64,000 nucleotides of DNA from a bacterium (GCA_024743115.1 JANSXC010000004.1:140113-204112); one strand, 5' to 3'; counted from the stretch's first letter, positions 9,739-19,148 are shown. Numbers and translations: made by a program. Notes: generated by a model from the sequence alone, not told the origin.

Positions 9739-10160
9739 CGCGCGACCTCGAGGTTCCCGCTCGTCTCGACCGAACGGCGCAGGCGTTGCCACGTGAGACC
9801 GCAGGCGATGCCGAGGGCGAGTTCGATTGCGGTCGCGAGGAGCAGCCCCGTGCCGGGGACGCCATCGATTCCGATCGCGATGAGCCGCGCCGTACCGTAG
9901 GCGAGGAATACCCCGGCGCCGATCGCGGTTGCGGGGCGGGCAAGCTGGCGCTGAGCGAGCCCGGCCAGCATGACGAGGCCCGCGAGCAGCAGCAGGCCGC
10001 CGGGCGCGCGAACCTCACTGAGCAGGTTCGGGTCCGCGGCGAGTTCGATGCCGTTGGCGCCGTGGAACGCTTGGGGGGTGAAGAGGAGTGCGCCGCCAAT
10101 GGTGGTGGCGAGAAGGCCGCTGAGTGCGAGTAGGGCGAGCAGTTTCTTGGAGCGTTGCAT
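9735..10160 (-). CDS. Small 4-TM membrane protein (DUF4345-like)
   Basis: ORF 9735-10160, 141 aa, MQRSKKLLALLALSGLLATTIGGALLFTPQAFHGANGIEL... It is very hydrophobic and is translationally coupled to the DUF1772 gene. Confidence 0.6.
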   Translation of the reverse strand: MQRSKKLLALLALSGLLATTIGGALLFTPQAFHGANGIELAADPNLLSEVRAPGGLLLLAGLVMLAGLAQRQLARPATAIGAGVFLAYGTARLIAIGIDGVPGTGLLLATAIELALGIACGLTWQRLRRSVETSGNLEVAR

Positions 10161-10199
10161 GATCGGTTCTCGGGTTGGTCGAGTCAGGTCGGGTCGGGG

Positions 10200-11057
10200 T
10201 CAGGGCCGCGGCGTCGCGGGGCTCTTGACGTCCCACGCACCCTGCTCGGCGGCGTCACGCGCGTAGTCGCGGAAGTCACGGGCCGGTCGATCCAGCGCGC
10301 GTTCGACGCCGTCCGCCAGGCTCTCGTTGCGACCGTCGAGCACGGTGGTGAACAGGTAGTCGAGCAGCTCGATCTGCTGCTGCGGCAGGCCCGCGGCGGT
10401 CAGGCCCTGCTGGAACGCGGCGCGCGGGATGGTCGTGTAGCGCACTTCCCGGCCGATCGCTGTTGCGATGTCCGCGACGGCTTCGGCAAAGGTCATGAGT
10501 CGCGGACCCGTGACCTCGTAGATCGCTCCCGTATGTCCGGACTCGGTGAGCGCGGCGACGGCGACGGCCGCGATATCGCCGATGTCGACGAACGGCTCGC
10601 GCACGTCCGATGCGGGGAGCGCCACCTCGCCGGCGAGCACGAACTCGCGGAACGCGCCCTCGTCGAAGTTCTGCGCGAACCAGCTCGCCCGCACGACGGT
10701 CCACTCGAGGCCCGAGTCTTGCACGATGCGTTCGCAGCGCTGGGCCTCTTCTTCGCCGCGGCCCGACAGCAGGACGAGGCGGCGAACACCGAGGCGCCGG
10801 GCGAGCGCGGTGAACTCGCTGATCGCCGCGGGGGCTTCCGGCACTGCGAGGTCGGGGCTGTAGACGACGTACGCAGCCTGGGCCCCGGCCAATGCGGTGT
10901 CCCAGGTCGAACGGTCGTTCCAGTCGAAGCGGTCATGGCCGACACCGCTGCGGGAGCCGCGGCGGACGGGCAGGCCGCGGGCTTCGAGCTGATCGGCGAC
11001 ACGGCGGCCGGTCTTGCCGTTGGCGGCGATGACGAGAGTGGGTTGGGGGTTGGTCAT
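10200..11057 (-). CDS. NmrA-like / NAD(P)H-binding family protein
   Basis: Inner start MTNPQPTLVIAANGKTGRRVADQLEARG in ORF 10200-11228 (a Rossmann GxxGxxG-like motif). The ATG is the complement of 11055-11057. It is divergent from an AraC regulator. Confidence 0.8.
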   Translation of the reverse strand: MTNPQPTLVIAANGKTGRRVADQLEARGLPVRRGSRSGVGHDRFDWNDRSTWDTALAGAQAAYVVYSPDLAVPEAPAAISEFTALARRLGVRRLVLLSGRGEEEAQRCERIVQDSGLEWTVVRASWFAQNFDEGAFREFVLAGEVALPASDVREPFVDIGDIAAVAVAALTESGHTGAIYEVTGPRLMTFAEAVADIATAIGREVRYTTIPRAAFQQGLTAAGLPQQQIELLDYLFTTVLDGRNESLADGVERALDRPARDFRDYARDAAEQGAWDVKSPATPRP

Positions 11058-11226
11058 GGTTCTGGCTCCGAGTTGGGTTCGGTTGGTGGGTGGTCGGCGA
11101 TCCCTCGATCGCTCTGACAGCACAATCGGTCGAATGGTGTGGACGATCCATGCCACTGCGTCTCTCTTGATATGCAGAACGTCCAGGATGGTGGACTTCA
11201 GGCCGATTCGGGCCGATAGTGCCCGC

Positions 11227-12198
11227 ATGACCCGTCCGACCGAGGTCCCGATCGTCAGCGATCCGATCGGGGAGGCCCTGCACCTGCTCCGGCTGAACGG
11301 CTGCGTCTATGCCCAGTCCGTGCTCTCCGCGCCGTGGGGCATCGATCTGCCGCCGTTTCCGGGCCACATGATGTTCCACATCATCACGGCGGGCAGCTGC
11401 TGGCTCGAGTCCGACGGTGCGGAGCCGGTGCGCCTCGAGCGCGGCAGTCTCGTGCTCGTGCCGCATGGACTCGGCCATCAACTCGTCGACGCACGGGGCC
11501 GCGAGACCGTCGACTTCTTCGACCTGCCGATCGAACGCGTAACCGAGATCTTCGAGCGGTTGGAATACGGCGGCGGTGGGGACGAGTGTCGTCTGATCTG
11601 CGTCGTCGTCCGCTTCGACCATGCCGTCGCCGAGCGCTTGATCGATTCGCTGCCTGCGGTGTTGCACCTCGATGCGTGGGACGGTGGTGACGATCGCTGG
11701 CTCAGCGACACGCTGCGGTTCATCTCGCGCGAGGCCGAAGCCCTACGGCCCGGTGGCGAGACCGTCATCACGCGTCTCGCCGACATCCTCGCGATTCAGA
11801 TGATTCGCCACTGGCTCGAGCGCGGCTCGGAAGAACAATCGGGGTGGCTGGCCGCACTGCGCGACGAGCGCCTGGGTCGTGCGATCGCCGCGATTCACCG
11901 CGAGCCGGGAACGCCCTGGACGCTCGAAACGCTGGCAGGGGTCGCGTCGATGTCGCGCTCGGCGTTTGCGGCGCGGTTCGCGGAGGTCGTCGGGGAGCCC
12001 GCGATGCGCTACCTCACGACCTGGCGATTGCAGGTCGCGCGGCGGGCGCTGCGCGAATCGGACGAGCCGGTCGGCTGCGTAGCCGAGCGTTACGGCTATC
12101 TGTCAGAGGCCGCTTTCTGTCGCGCGTTCAAGCGGGAGTTCGGAGTGTCGCCGGGCAAGGATCGGAAGGTGGTCGCGGCGGCGCCCGTGTCGGCGTGA
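11227..12198 (+). CDS. AraC family transcriptional regulator with cupin-type N-domain
   Basis: In frame with ORF 11014-12198. Start is ATG 11227 (MTRPTEVPIV). The N-domain has MMFHIITAGSCWLE...LVLVPHGLGH. The C-terminal HTH has WTLETLAGVASMSRSAFAARFAEVVGEPAMRYLTTWRLQVARRAL...ERYGYLSEAAFCRAFKREFGVSPG. Confidence 0.85.
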   Translation: MTRPTEVPIVSDPIGEALHLLRLNGCVYAQSVLSAPWGIDLPPFPGHMMFHIITAGSCWLESDGAEPVRLERGSLVLVPHGLGHQLVDARGRETVDFFDLPIERVTEIFERLEYGGGGDECRLICVVVRFDHAVAERLIDSLPAVLHLDAWDGGDDRWLSDTLRFISREAEALRPGGETVITRLADILAIQMIRHWLERGSEEQSGWLAALRDERLGRAIAAIHREPGTPWTLETLAGVASMSRSAFAARFAEVVGEPAMRYLTTWRLQVARRALRESDEPVGCVAERYGYLSEAAFCRAFKREFGVSPGKDRKVVAAAPVSA

Positions 12199-12246
12199 CA
12201 TCGACGCCTGAGTCGCGGCGATTCGCGGTAAGCTCCGCGGTCGCGA

Positions 12247-13080
12247 ATGGACTGGCAACAGATCGGTAGCGTCTCCAAGGCCGCGTTGAGCTCCGCTCGA
12301 CTGCAGCTGCACTTCGGTGCCTACGTTCTCGGCTCGACCGCGCACGCCGTGTCGCCGCACCGAGCGGACGACAGCCATACGAACCTCGGTTTCGTGCCCG
12401 AGCTCGGCGCGCTGCGAACCCGCGATCTCGGCGACGGTTTCGAACTCCATCTCGACGTCGTTCGGTTTGCGCTCGTGTTGCGTGCCGGCGACGACGTGGC
12501 GGGGGCGCTGGCGCTGGATGGCCAGACCCTGGATGACGCGCTCGCCTGGGTGGGTGAACGACTCGCCGCGCGTTCCGGTTCGTCCGACGCCGTGACGATC
12601 ACGCGGCGGGAGTACCCGGACTTCCCCGCGAGTCCGATCCTCGCCGGCGGTAGCTTCGAGCAACCCGGTCGAGCCGAACTCGAAGAGCTCCGTACCTGGT
12701 TCGGTTGCGCCGCGGCGTTGCTCGAGGAGCTGCAGGCGAGTGCAACGCGAATGACGGACGTCCGCGTATGGCCGCACCACTTCGACCTCGGCGCCCTGAT
12801 CCCGATCTCCGACAGCGGGGACGTGACGATCGGCCTCGGCTTCTCACCCGGCGACGACCACTTCGACCAACCCTATTTCTACTGCTCGCCCTACCCCGCG
12901 CCGCAGGGCGGCGACCTTCCGGCGCTCGCTGCTGGTTCCTGGCAGACCGACACGTTCACCTCCGCGATCCTGACGGCCGCGGAGCTCGAAGGCTCGGCGG
13001 GCCGACAGGAGCTGGCGCGAACCTATGTGACCGACGCGGTGGCGCGCTGTCGGGAGTTGCTCGGTGGCGCTTCTTCTTGA
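12247..13080 (+). CDS. Hypothetical protein (277 aa), first gene of a three-gene plus-strand block with two nucleotidyltransferase genes
   Basis: ORF 12247-13080. I recognise no motif. It contains DDSHTNLGF and VWPHHFDLG. The codon pattern (GC-rich third positions) is consistent with coding sequence. Confidence 0.55.
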   Translation: MDWQQIGSVSKAALSSARLQLHFGAYVLGSTAHAVSPHRADDSHTNLGFVPELGALRTRDLGDGFELHLDVVRFALVLRAGDDVAGALALDGQTLDDALAWVGERLAARSGSSDAVTITRREYPDFPASPILAGGSFEQPGRAELEELRTWFGCAAALLEELQASATRMTDVRVWPHHFDLGALIPISDSGDVTIGLGFSPGDDHFDQPYFYCSPYPAPQGGDLPALAAGSWQTDTFTSAILTAAELEGSAGRQELARTYVTDAVARCRELLGGASS

Positions 13081-13101
13081 ACGACAGGCTGAACACGCCC
13101 C

Positions 13102-14016
13102 GTGATCCTCCCCGTCGGCACCAAGATCGTTGCGAATGGACCGATCGCCGGGACGCGCCACGCCTACCCCGAAGGAACTCTCGGCGTAATCGTGGAACTC
13201 CCCGCGGACGCGAGCCATTCGTACCGCGTGCGGTTGCCCGATGGCTTCGAAACCAACCTGACTCGGTCGCAGTTCGTGTTGTTGCGCACGCTGCAGGAGC
13301 CGCGCCGTGCTGCCGGCGAATCGGCACTCGAGGATCACGAACTCGCGCAGTCCGTGATCTTCCGCTGCCTCGTCGGTTCGCGAGCCTACGGGCTCGAGAC
13401 CGACGCATCAGATTTCGACACCCGCGGGATCTTCCTCGCGCCGGCTGAGCGTCATTGGTCGCTCTACGGGGTCCCGGAGCAGCTCGAGGATCGCACGAAC
13501 GACGAGGTCTATTGGGAGCTCCAGAAGTTCCTCGTCCTGGCGCTGAAGGCCAACCCCAACATCCTCGAGGTGCTCCATTCGCCCGAAGTGCTGCATGCGA
13601 CGTCATTGGCGGAGGAGTTGCGGGCGATGCGTTCCTGCTTTCTCTCGAAGCTGCTGTTTCAGACCTACAACGGCTACGTGTTGTCACAGTTCCGCAAGCT
13701 CTCGCGACGCTTGGCGGGTGGTCACGCGCCGAAGTGGAAGCACGCCATGCACCTCATCCGACTGCTGCTGGCCGGTATCACCGCGTTGCGTGAGGGCATC
13801 GTGCCCGTTCGGGTCGAGGCAACTCATCGCTCCCGCTTGATGGCCGTGCGGGCTGGCGAGGAGCCGTTCGAACGGATCGATCAGTGGCGCCTCGAACTTC
13901 ACCGCGAGTTCGAAGACGCGTTTCGCACGACTGCTCTGCCAGAACGGCCCGACTATGATCGGGTCAATTCGTTCTTGCTCCGGGCGCGACGCTCGGTGCT
14001 GGGAGACAAGGCGTGA
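13102..14016 (+). CDS. Predicted nucleotidyltransferase (pol-beta superfamily, PF10127/RlaP-like by memory) with an extra ~85-aa N-terminal beta-rich domain
   Basis: ORF 13102-14016, GTG start. The core has FRCLVGSRAYGLETDASDFDTRGIF and ELQKFLVLALKANPNILEVLHSP. The N-terminal region is MILPVGTKIVANGPIAGTRHAYPEGTLGVIVELPADASHSYRVRLPDGFETNL. Confidence 0.7.
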   Translation: MILPVGTKIVANGPIAGTRHAYPEGTLGVIVELPADASHSYRVRLPDGFETNLTRSQFVLLRTLQEPRRAAGESALEDHELAQSVIFRCLVGSRAYGLETDASDFDTRGIFLAPAERHWSLYGVPEQLEDRTNDEVYWELQKFLVLALKANPNILEVLHSPEVLHATSLAEELRAMRSCFLSKLLFQTYNGYVLSQFRKLSRRLAGGHAPKWKHAMHLIRLLLAGITALREGIVPVRVEATHRSRLMAVRAGEEPFERIDQWRLELHREFEDAFRTTALPERPDYDRVNSFLLRARRSVLGDKA

Positions 14017-14658
14017 AGCTGCCGAAGGAACTCGATTCGATCGTCGCGGAGTTCCCGCACCGTCTGCTCTTCGCGACCGTTTCGGGGGCGCATCTGTACG
14101 GATTCGAGTCGCCGGATTCGGACTTCGATCTGCGTGGTTGCCACGTTCTCCCGGTCGAACGGCTCGTTGGGTTGCGTGATCCGCAGGAGACGGAAGAACG
14201 GCTCACTCTCGCCCCACGTCGTCCATACCTCGCCGGAACACGAGGAACTGAAGAGTTTCGTGCCAGGTCTGCTTACGCGTCACCACGCGCATCACTACCT
14301 CGGGTTCGCGCGTAACCAGTGGCGGATGTTCGAGAACGAGCCGCGGGCCAAGACCCTGCTCTACGTCTACCGCGTGTTGCTCACCGGGATCCATCTGATG
14401 CGCAGTGGCGAGGTGCAGGCGTCGTTACCCGTATTGCTCCAGGAGTATCCGCAGGCCGGGGTCGCGAAGCTGCTCGATGCCAAGAAGAACGGCCACGAGA
14501 AGCAGTCCTTGAGCCCCGACTCGATCGCGGCGCACGTCGAGGGCTATCGTCGGTTGATGGCGTTACTCGAAGCGAGCAGGGACGAGAGTCGGCTCCCGCA
14601 CGAGCCTAGCGTCTACGATGAGATCGATCGGTTCGTCGTCCGTGTGCGGCTTCGGTAG
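14013..14658 (+). pseudogene. Second nucleotidyltransferase paralog, disrupted by an out-of-frame internal deletion or frameshift
   Basis: ORF 14013-14315 (MKLPKELDSIVAEFPHRLLFATVSGAHLYGFESPDSDFDLRGCHVLPVE...ETEERLTL) carries the family N-terminus. ORF 14134-14658 in another frame carries the rest (SPHVVHTSPEHEELKSF...HHAHHYLGFARNQW...). The frames switch near 14200-14215. The segment equivalent to ELQKFLVLALKANPNILEVLH of the upstream paralog is missing. It shares a GTGA start/stop overlap with the upstream gene. Confidence 0.65.
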
Positions 14659-14667
14659 CTACTGCGC

Positions 14668-15660
14668 TCAGCCGTCGTTCTCGATCACGACCTTGCCCAT
14701 CGCCTGACCGCTCTCGAGTCGCGCGTGGGCTGCGCCGGCATCGGCGAGCGCGAAGCGTTCGGAATCGAGCACCGGCTTCAGGTCGCCCGCTTCCGCAATC
14801 CGTGCTACTTCGCGGAGGATCTCGGCGTGCGCCTCGCGGCCGTGGCCGTGCAACATCGGGATCAGCATGAACACGACGTGCAGCGACAGCCCTTTGAAGT
14901 GTGCCGTCGAGAGGTCGAGTTCGCACAGCGCGACGGTCGACGCGACGTGGCCGTTGAGTTTGGCGGCTTCGAACGACTTCGCCATGTTTGCCCCGCCGAC
15001 CGAGTCGAACACGACGTCGAAGCCTTCGCCGCCCGTGTGCGTCGCGACGTAGTCCGCGACCGACTCGGTCTTGTAGTTGATTGCCGTCGCCCCGAGTTCG
15101 GCGATCAATTGCGTCTGCTGGTCGCCGCCGCCGGTGGAGAAGACGTCGGCGCCGAAGTGCTTCGCGAGCTGCAGCGCCACGTGTCCAACGCCGCCGGAGC
15201 CGCCGTGCACCAGAACCTTCTGGCCCTTCGTGATGCCCGCGCGGACGAGACCCTCGTAGGCCGTGATCGCGACCAGCGGCAGCGCGGCGGCTTCGCGCAT
15301 CGAGAGGTTCTTCGGCTTGTGGGCGACCAGCGCGGCGTCGGCGTTGATGAACTGCGCGAGCGTGCCGGGCAGATCGGCGAGACCGCCGGCGCAGCCGTAG
15401 ACCTCGTCCCCGACCGAGTAGTCGGTCACCCCTTCGCCCACGGCCTTCACCGTGCCGGCGAAGTCCATGCCGAGAATGGCCGGGTTGTCTGGCGACAGCG
15501 GCAGCTCCTTGCCGAGCTTGCGGATCATGGTGTCGACCGTGTTGACGCTCGAGGCGGCGATCTCCACGAGCACATGCCCGGGCGATGCCGTGGGGGTTTC
15601 GACTTCGGCGGATTCGAACACGGCCTCTTCGCCGTACTGGTTGATGAGCATCGCTTTCAT
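14668..15660 (-). CDS. Zinc-type alcohol dehydrogenase superfamily / NADPH:quinone oxidoreductase
   Basis: Inner start MKAMLINQYGEEAVFESAEVETP in ORF 14668-15975. It contains GMDFAGTVKAVGEGV and the Rossmann motif VLVHGGSGGVGHVALQLAK. 330 aa. Confidence 0.9.
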   Translation of the reverse strand: MKAMLINQYGEEAVFESAEVETPTASPGHVLVEIAASSVNTVDTMIRKLGKELPLSPDNPAILGMDFAGTVKAVGEGVTDYSVGDEVYGCAGGLADLPGTLAQFINADAALVAHKPKNLSMREAAALPLVAITAYEGLVRAGITKGQKVLVHGGSGGVGHVALQLAKHFGADVFSTGGGDQQTQLIAELGATAINYKTESVADYVATHTGGEGFDVVFDSVGGANMAKSFEAAKLNGHVASTVALCELDLSTAHFKGLSLHVVFMLIPMLHGHGREAHAEILREVARIAEAGDLKPVLDSERFALADAGAAHARLESGQAMGKVVIENDG

Positions 15661-15765
15661 GGAGTCTCCGGCAGTTGGTGCTGCGCAGATTGCCCCTATT
15701 CGCGCTTTGAACAAGAACCGACATTTTTGTAAGTAATGGCCGGCCGTGTCCGCGGCCCGACTCCC

Positions 15766-16125
15766 ATGGCTCGAAAGTACAACTGGAAGACCGGCTGCGA
15801 CGTCGAGGCGACCCTCAGCGTCATCGGCGGGCGTTGGAAGCCGGTGCTCGTCTGCCACCTCCTCGCTGGTCGGAAGCGCTTCGGTGAGCTCTGCCGCCTC
15901 ACGCCGAACGCAACCGAGCGCATGATCACGCTGCAGCTGCGTGAGCTCGAAGCGGATGGCGTGATCGACCGGCACGTGTTCGCGCAGGTGCCGCCGCGCG
16001 TCGAGTACGAGGTCACCGAGTTCGGGCGGTCGCTGGAGCCGATCCTGGTTCAGATGCAGGAGTGGGGGCGTGGCTTCAAGGCGCGGAGACTTGCCGAGGA
16101 GTCCGATGCCGCCCCGCGGGCATGA
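15766..16125 (+). CDS. HxlR family transcriptional regulator
   Basis: In frame with ORF 15736-16125. It contains CDVEATLSVIGGRWKPVLVCHLLAGRKRFGELCRLTPNATERMITLQLRELEADGVIDRHVFAQVPPRVEYEVTEFG, the canonical HxlR winged helix. It is divergent from the quinone oxidoreductase. Confidence 0.9.
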   Translation: MARKYNWKTGCDVEATLSVIGGRWKPVLVCHLLAGRKRFGELCRLTPNATERMITLQLRELEADGVIDRHVFAQVPPRVEYEVTEFGRSLEPILVQMQEWGRGFKARRLAEESDAAPRA

Positions 16126-16445
16126 TGCGAACGGACGGGGCGCTGAGCGGGTAGACCGGCGGCGAGGTCCGCTCGAGCTGCGAACTTCGACGGGCCGCCG
16201 ACGCCCGGACCCTGCTGCACGGGTTCGAGCCGCGAGTTGCCGTCCGTCGTGCGGAGATCGGGCGCACGGTGACGCTGCGCTCTTCGCCTTCCTCGGTGTA
16301 GTGCGACGTCGTGATCTCGACCTCCGGGCTCGCGTAGGCCACCGTCGGATCGGCCGCAGCTCCGCGGGATGTTGCAGCGGGCCGGCGCGCGCGAGTAGTG
16401 GTCGTCACCGTGCAGTGACGACCGGGTCGCTGCAGACGCCTCACG

Positions 16446-17213
16446 CTACTGGATCTCCTGGACCTGCATGACCATCTCGTTCCAGTTGCGCTGGTTGTCG
16501 AGGTCGTGCTCGAGTCCCTGCTCGTCGGCGATGGTGAAGCGCTTGATCGCGGGCGTCTTGCTCGTGGCCTGGTAGAGCCAGTAAGCCTCGGCGCGCAGTG
16601 CTTCGTCGATCGGCTTGTCGATCGATTCGTAGACGGCCTGTTTGCAGGCGTTGATCGACTCGGCGGGGAACTTCGCGATCCGGCGGGCGAGCGTGTCGAC
16701 GTAGTCACCGATCTCGTCGGGATCGAGCACCTTGTTGATCGTGCCGTAGGCTTCGGCCTCATCGGCGTCGAAGTCACGGGCGCTGAGAACGATCTCCAGC
16801 GCGCGGCCGAGACCTACCTGGCGCGCCATGCGCGAGGCGCCGCCGCCACAGGGCAGGATGCCCATGCCGACCTCCATCTGCATGAACTTGAACTTGCCCT
16901 GCGCCGCGAACCGCATGTCGAGCGCCAGCGCGAGTTCGTGCCCGCCGCCGCGCGCGAAGCCTTCGAGCTTGGCAATCGTCGCCTGCGGCACCTTGCTGAT
17001 GCGTTCGCAGACCGACTGGAGATCGAGCAGTTCGACCTCCTCGCGGGACACGGCTTCGGTCGACATGTCCTTGAGCAGTTCGGTGTCGTAGTGGCAGACC
17101 CAGATCTCCGGGTTCGCCGACTGGAACACGACGACCTTCGTGCTGCGATCGCGCTCCAGCCGCATGGCGAGACTGTTCAGGTCGGCGAGCATTGCCTGGC
17201 CCTGCACGTTCAC
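16446..17213 (-). CDS. Enoyl-CoA hydratase/isomerase (crotonase) family protein; N-terminus unresolved and possibly truncated
   Basis: This is the C-terminal 250-odd codons of ORF 16446-17624: ...PPVNVQGQAMLADLNSLAMRLERDRSTKVVVFQSANPEIW...LEGFARGGGHELALALDMRFAA...MEVGMGILPCGGG... The first in-frame GTG after the upstream gene's stop is at 17213 and the first ATG is at 17192. Both leave the fold short of its usual first ~30 residues. Confidence 0.6.
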   Translation of the reverse strand: MNVQGQAMLADLNSLAMRLERDRSTKVVVFQSANPEIWVCHYDTELLKDMSTEAVSREEVELLDLQSVCERISKVPQATIAKLEGFARGGGHELALALDMRFAAQGKFKFMQMEVGMGILPCGGGASRMARQVGLGRALEIVLSARDFDADEAEAYGTINKVLDPDEIGDYVDTLARRIAKFPAESINACKQAVYESIDKPIDEALRAEAYWLYQATSKTPAIKRFTIADEQGLEHDLDNQRNWNEMVMQVQEIQ

Positions 17214-17314
17214 CGGCGGGAAGGCGGCTGGGCGCCGCGGGTGGGATCGGACGGATCCGGCGACCAGATTGGCCGCCGAGCGTTCTCGAGAAGGTGGTGG
17301 GGCGCGAAGTGGTG

Positions 17315-18142
17315 TCAGCGATCGCGGACGCGCGTCAGCACGTCCTCGATCGCGGCGACGACCTGCTCGCACGTGCGCTCGTCGAGCGCGGAGGGGTGCG
17401 GATCCGCGAAACTGCCGGAGTCGTTGTCGAAGTACCGACCGGATGCGGTCGCGAACTCGTCCGACAGCGCGGCGCGGCACAGGATGTCGACACCGATTCG
17501 GATGTCCGCGCCCGCGACGCCGTAGGCCTGCTCCACCATCTTGGTGCCGAGCATGGACCCGGGGTTTACGGCGACGACCATGGGGCCGTTGCCGGTGGTG
17601 GACCGTGCCATACTGCGTGACCACATGGTCAGCGCGAGCTTGCTCTGCGCGTAGGCCGCGCCATCTGACACGCTGGTCTGCCCCTTGAGCGCCGCGATGT
17701 CGACCGGCGATTGCGCTGCCGAGGACAGGTTGATGACGCGCCCCGTGTTGCCGAGCAGCGGCAGCAGTTCTCGGGTCAAGAGGTACGGCGCAATCGTGTT
17801 GACGACGAACCGCACGTCCAGCCCGTAACTCGTCGCCGGGTTGGAGGTCACGAAGACCCCCGCATTGTTGATCAGTACGTCCAGCTGGCCGTGCCGCTCT
17901 CGCACGGACTGCGCGAGTGTCTCGACCTCGGCAAGGTTCGAGAGATCCGCCTCGAAGCCCTCGACCTCGAAGGCATCGATGCCGGCGGCGCGCGTCGTGG
18001 CCGTGATATCGGTCACGGCCGTTACGAGCTTTGCAGGGTTGCGGCCGTGCAGCAGCACGCGTTGCCCCTGTCGAGCGAACTCGCGCGCGGCCTCGCGGCC
18101 GATGCCATCCGTCGAGCCCGTGATCAGAATCGTCTTTTGCAT
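17315..18142 (-). CDS. SDR family oxidoreductase
   Basis: Inner start MQKTILITGSTDGIGREAAREFARQG in ORF 17315-18259 (TGxxxGxG). It also has NNAG and a YAQSK catalytic Tyr-x3-Lys. Confidence 0.9.
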   Translation of the reverse strand: MQKTILITGSTDGIGREAAREFARQGQRVLLHGRNPAKLVTAVTDITATTRAAGIDAFEVEGFEADLSNLAEVETLAQSVRERHGQLDVLINNAGVFVTSNPATSYGLDVRFVVNTIAPYLLTRELLPLLGNTGRVINLSSAAQSPVDIAALKGQTSVSDGAAYAQSKLALTMWSRSMARSTTGNGPMVVAVNPGSMLGTKMVEQAYGVAGADIRIGVDILCRAALSDEFATASGRYFDNDSGSFADPHPSALDERTCEQVVAAIEDVLTRVRDR

Positions 18143-18167
18143 AGGGAGTCTGCCTATCAGCGGTCCA

Positions 18168-19148
18168 TCAATTCGATAGCGCCGGAAGGACGTCGTTCGC
18201 GAGGCGGGCCAAGGTCGCTTCGGTGCCAGCCTGGTTGAATCGCAGGTTGACCGCGACATGGTTCACGCCGATCTCTTCGAGAGACTTCAGGTGTGCGACC
18301 AGATGGTCGGTCCCGAGTCGGAAGCCGAGATGAATCGGTTGCGGCGCCTTGTCGGCGGCGGCCGCGAGGTCGACGTAGAGCGGCTGCATCACGGGCTTGT
18401 CAGGTTCGCCGGCGGCCTGCAGCGACTCGCGCCACGGCCGGACGATCTGCGCCTGGGCCGCGACCGGGCGGGGGTAGATCATCCAGCCGTCGCCATGCTT
18501 CACGAGCCAGTCGGTGTCTTGCCGGCTGGTGCCCGTGATGAGCAACGGGAGCCTTTCGCCGTGAGGCTTCGGCAGCATGTCGGTGCCGCTGCCAACACGG
18601 CCATGTCTCGTAGCGAACGTCGGCCGCGGCTGAGCGACGCCCCGGATGTAGTCGAAGGCGGCGCGGAACAGTTCCCCGCGCTCGCCGAAGGGCACGTTCA
18701 TCGCCGGGAATTCCTCCGGTCGATCGCCGGAGGCGACTCCGAGGATCAGTCGGCCCTCGGACAGGACGTCCACGATGGCTGCTGCTTTGGCGACGTGCGC
18801 CGGATGGCGCAGCGGCAGCACGATGCTGGCGACGCCGAGCGCAATGCGCTCGGTCTGCCCGGCCAGCAGACCGAGATACACGAACGGGTCGTAGGTCTGA
18901 CCTGCGTCGCCGAATGACGGCACGTCGAAGGGCACATCGCGCAGCCACACTGCCGAAAAGCCGAGTTGCTCCGCCAGCTTCACGCGTTCGAGGTGTCGTT
19001 CCATCACCGGCACGCTGCCGCCGGGGTAGCTCTCGATCGGCACGACCAGGCCGAGGCTCAATCGGCCCCGCTGGAACACGGCGTCGTAGCCGCGGTTGAT
19101 CGGCCGAAACTGCCGGTTGCCGTTCGCCGGCCGGTCGGGCTGGAGCAT
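18168..19148 (-). CDS. LLM-class (luciferase-like) flavin-dependent oxidoreductase
   Basis: Inner start MLQPDRPANG in ORF 18168-19208. It contains LAEQLGFSAVWLRD and RLILGVASGDRPEEF, typical of luciferase-like monooxygenases. Confidence 0.8.
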   Translation of the reverse strand: MLQPDRPANGNRQFRPINRGYDAVFQRGRLSLGLVVPIESYPGGSVPVMERHLERVKLAEQLGFSAVWLRDVPFDVPSFGDAGQTYDPFVYLGLLAGQTERIALGVASIVLPLRHPAHVAKAAAIVDVLSEGRLILGVASGDRPEEFPAMNVPFGERGELFRAAFDYIRGVAQPRPTFATRHGRVGSGTDMLPKPHGERLPLLITGTSRQDTDWLVKHGDGWMIYPRPVAAQAQIVRPWRESLQAAGEPDKPVMQPLYVDLAAAADKAPQPIHLGFRLGTDHLVAHLKSLEEIGVNHVAVNLRFNQAGTEATLARLANDVLPALSN

